Source of the DNA: Clostridia bacterium
GTDB lineage: Bacteria; Bacillota; Clostridia; Christensenellales; Borkfalkiaceae
Length of the DNA: 64,000 nt
Direction: 5' to 3'
Assembly: GCA_900769565.1 (NCBI GenBank)
Contig: CAAGHC010000003.1
Location: forward strand, 20,949-84,948
Both the position numbers and the translations under genes were made by a program. This document shows positions 63,907 to 64,000 of the stretch, piece by piece; the first letter of the stretch is position 1, and every line of letters begins with the position of its first letter. Below the pieces are notes generated by a model, which was given only the letters and a program-made list of their open reading frames with translations, was not told the DNA's origin and searched no databases.

Positions 63907-64000
63907 ATCGTATTTGCCCCGTTACTAAAATAATCCTTAATATTATACAAGATAGCCCCTGCATTTGTCAAAGAATTTTGATTTTTTAATACGTTATTAC

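Overview
The window looks like a low-GC Firmicutes/Clostridia-type chromosome segment, with about 60 genes, mostly on the minus strand. From left to right it holds: a sugar ABC uptake operon with an AraC regulator; housekeeping and envelope genes (SulP permease, tandem-OB SSB-like protein, polysaccharide deacetylase, cardiolipin synthase); an AraC-linked aminotransferase/aldolase/oxidoreductase cluster; a [FeFe]-hydrogenase; and a small glycoside-hydrolase cluster. Next comes an ~8.8 kb, visibly more GC-rich islet bracketed by direct repeats of the 3' end of tRNA-Ser(GCU). The islet carries an XRE switch, a YpsA-like SLOG protein, a 920-aa lipoprotein serine protease, a bacterial-type PARG macrodomain protein, a zinc-ribbon/SHOCT membrane protein, a catalytically dead resolvase paralog and a truncated large serine recombinase. 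After the islet come VanW, a ferritin-like protein, a LysR regulator and an AAE-family exporter. A tightly coupled 10-gene operon follows: fumC-hdrBCA-mvhD-flxCBA-like-frdBA-like. The right end holds azlCD, a Ca/Mn-type P-type ATPase behind a yybP-ykoY-like (Mn2+) riboswitch leader, four transporters, a NanA-like sugar-acid cluster and a phosphoglucomutase. The two most interesting candidates are the Flx/Hdr-coupled soluble fumarate reductase operon (a possible electron-bifurcating enzyme) and the SLOG-protease-PARG-SHOCT cassette in the tRNA-Ser islet. All calls come from reading the sequence and recognising motifs; no database search was run. Coordinates of non-ORF features may be off by 1-2 nt.
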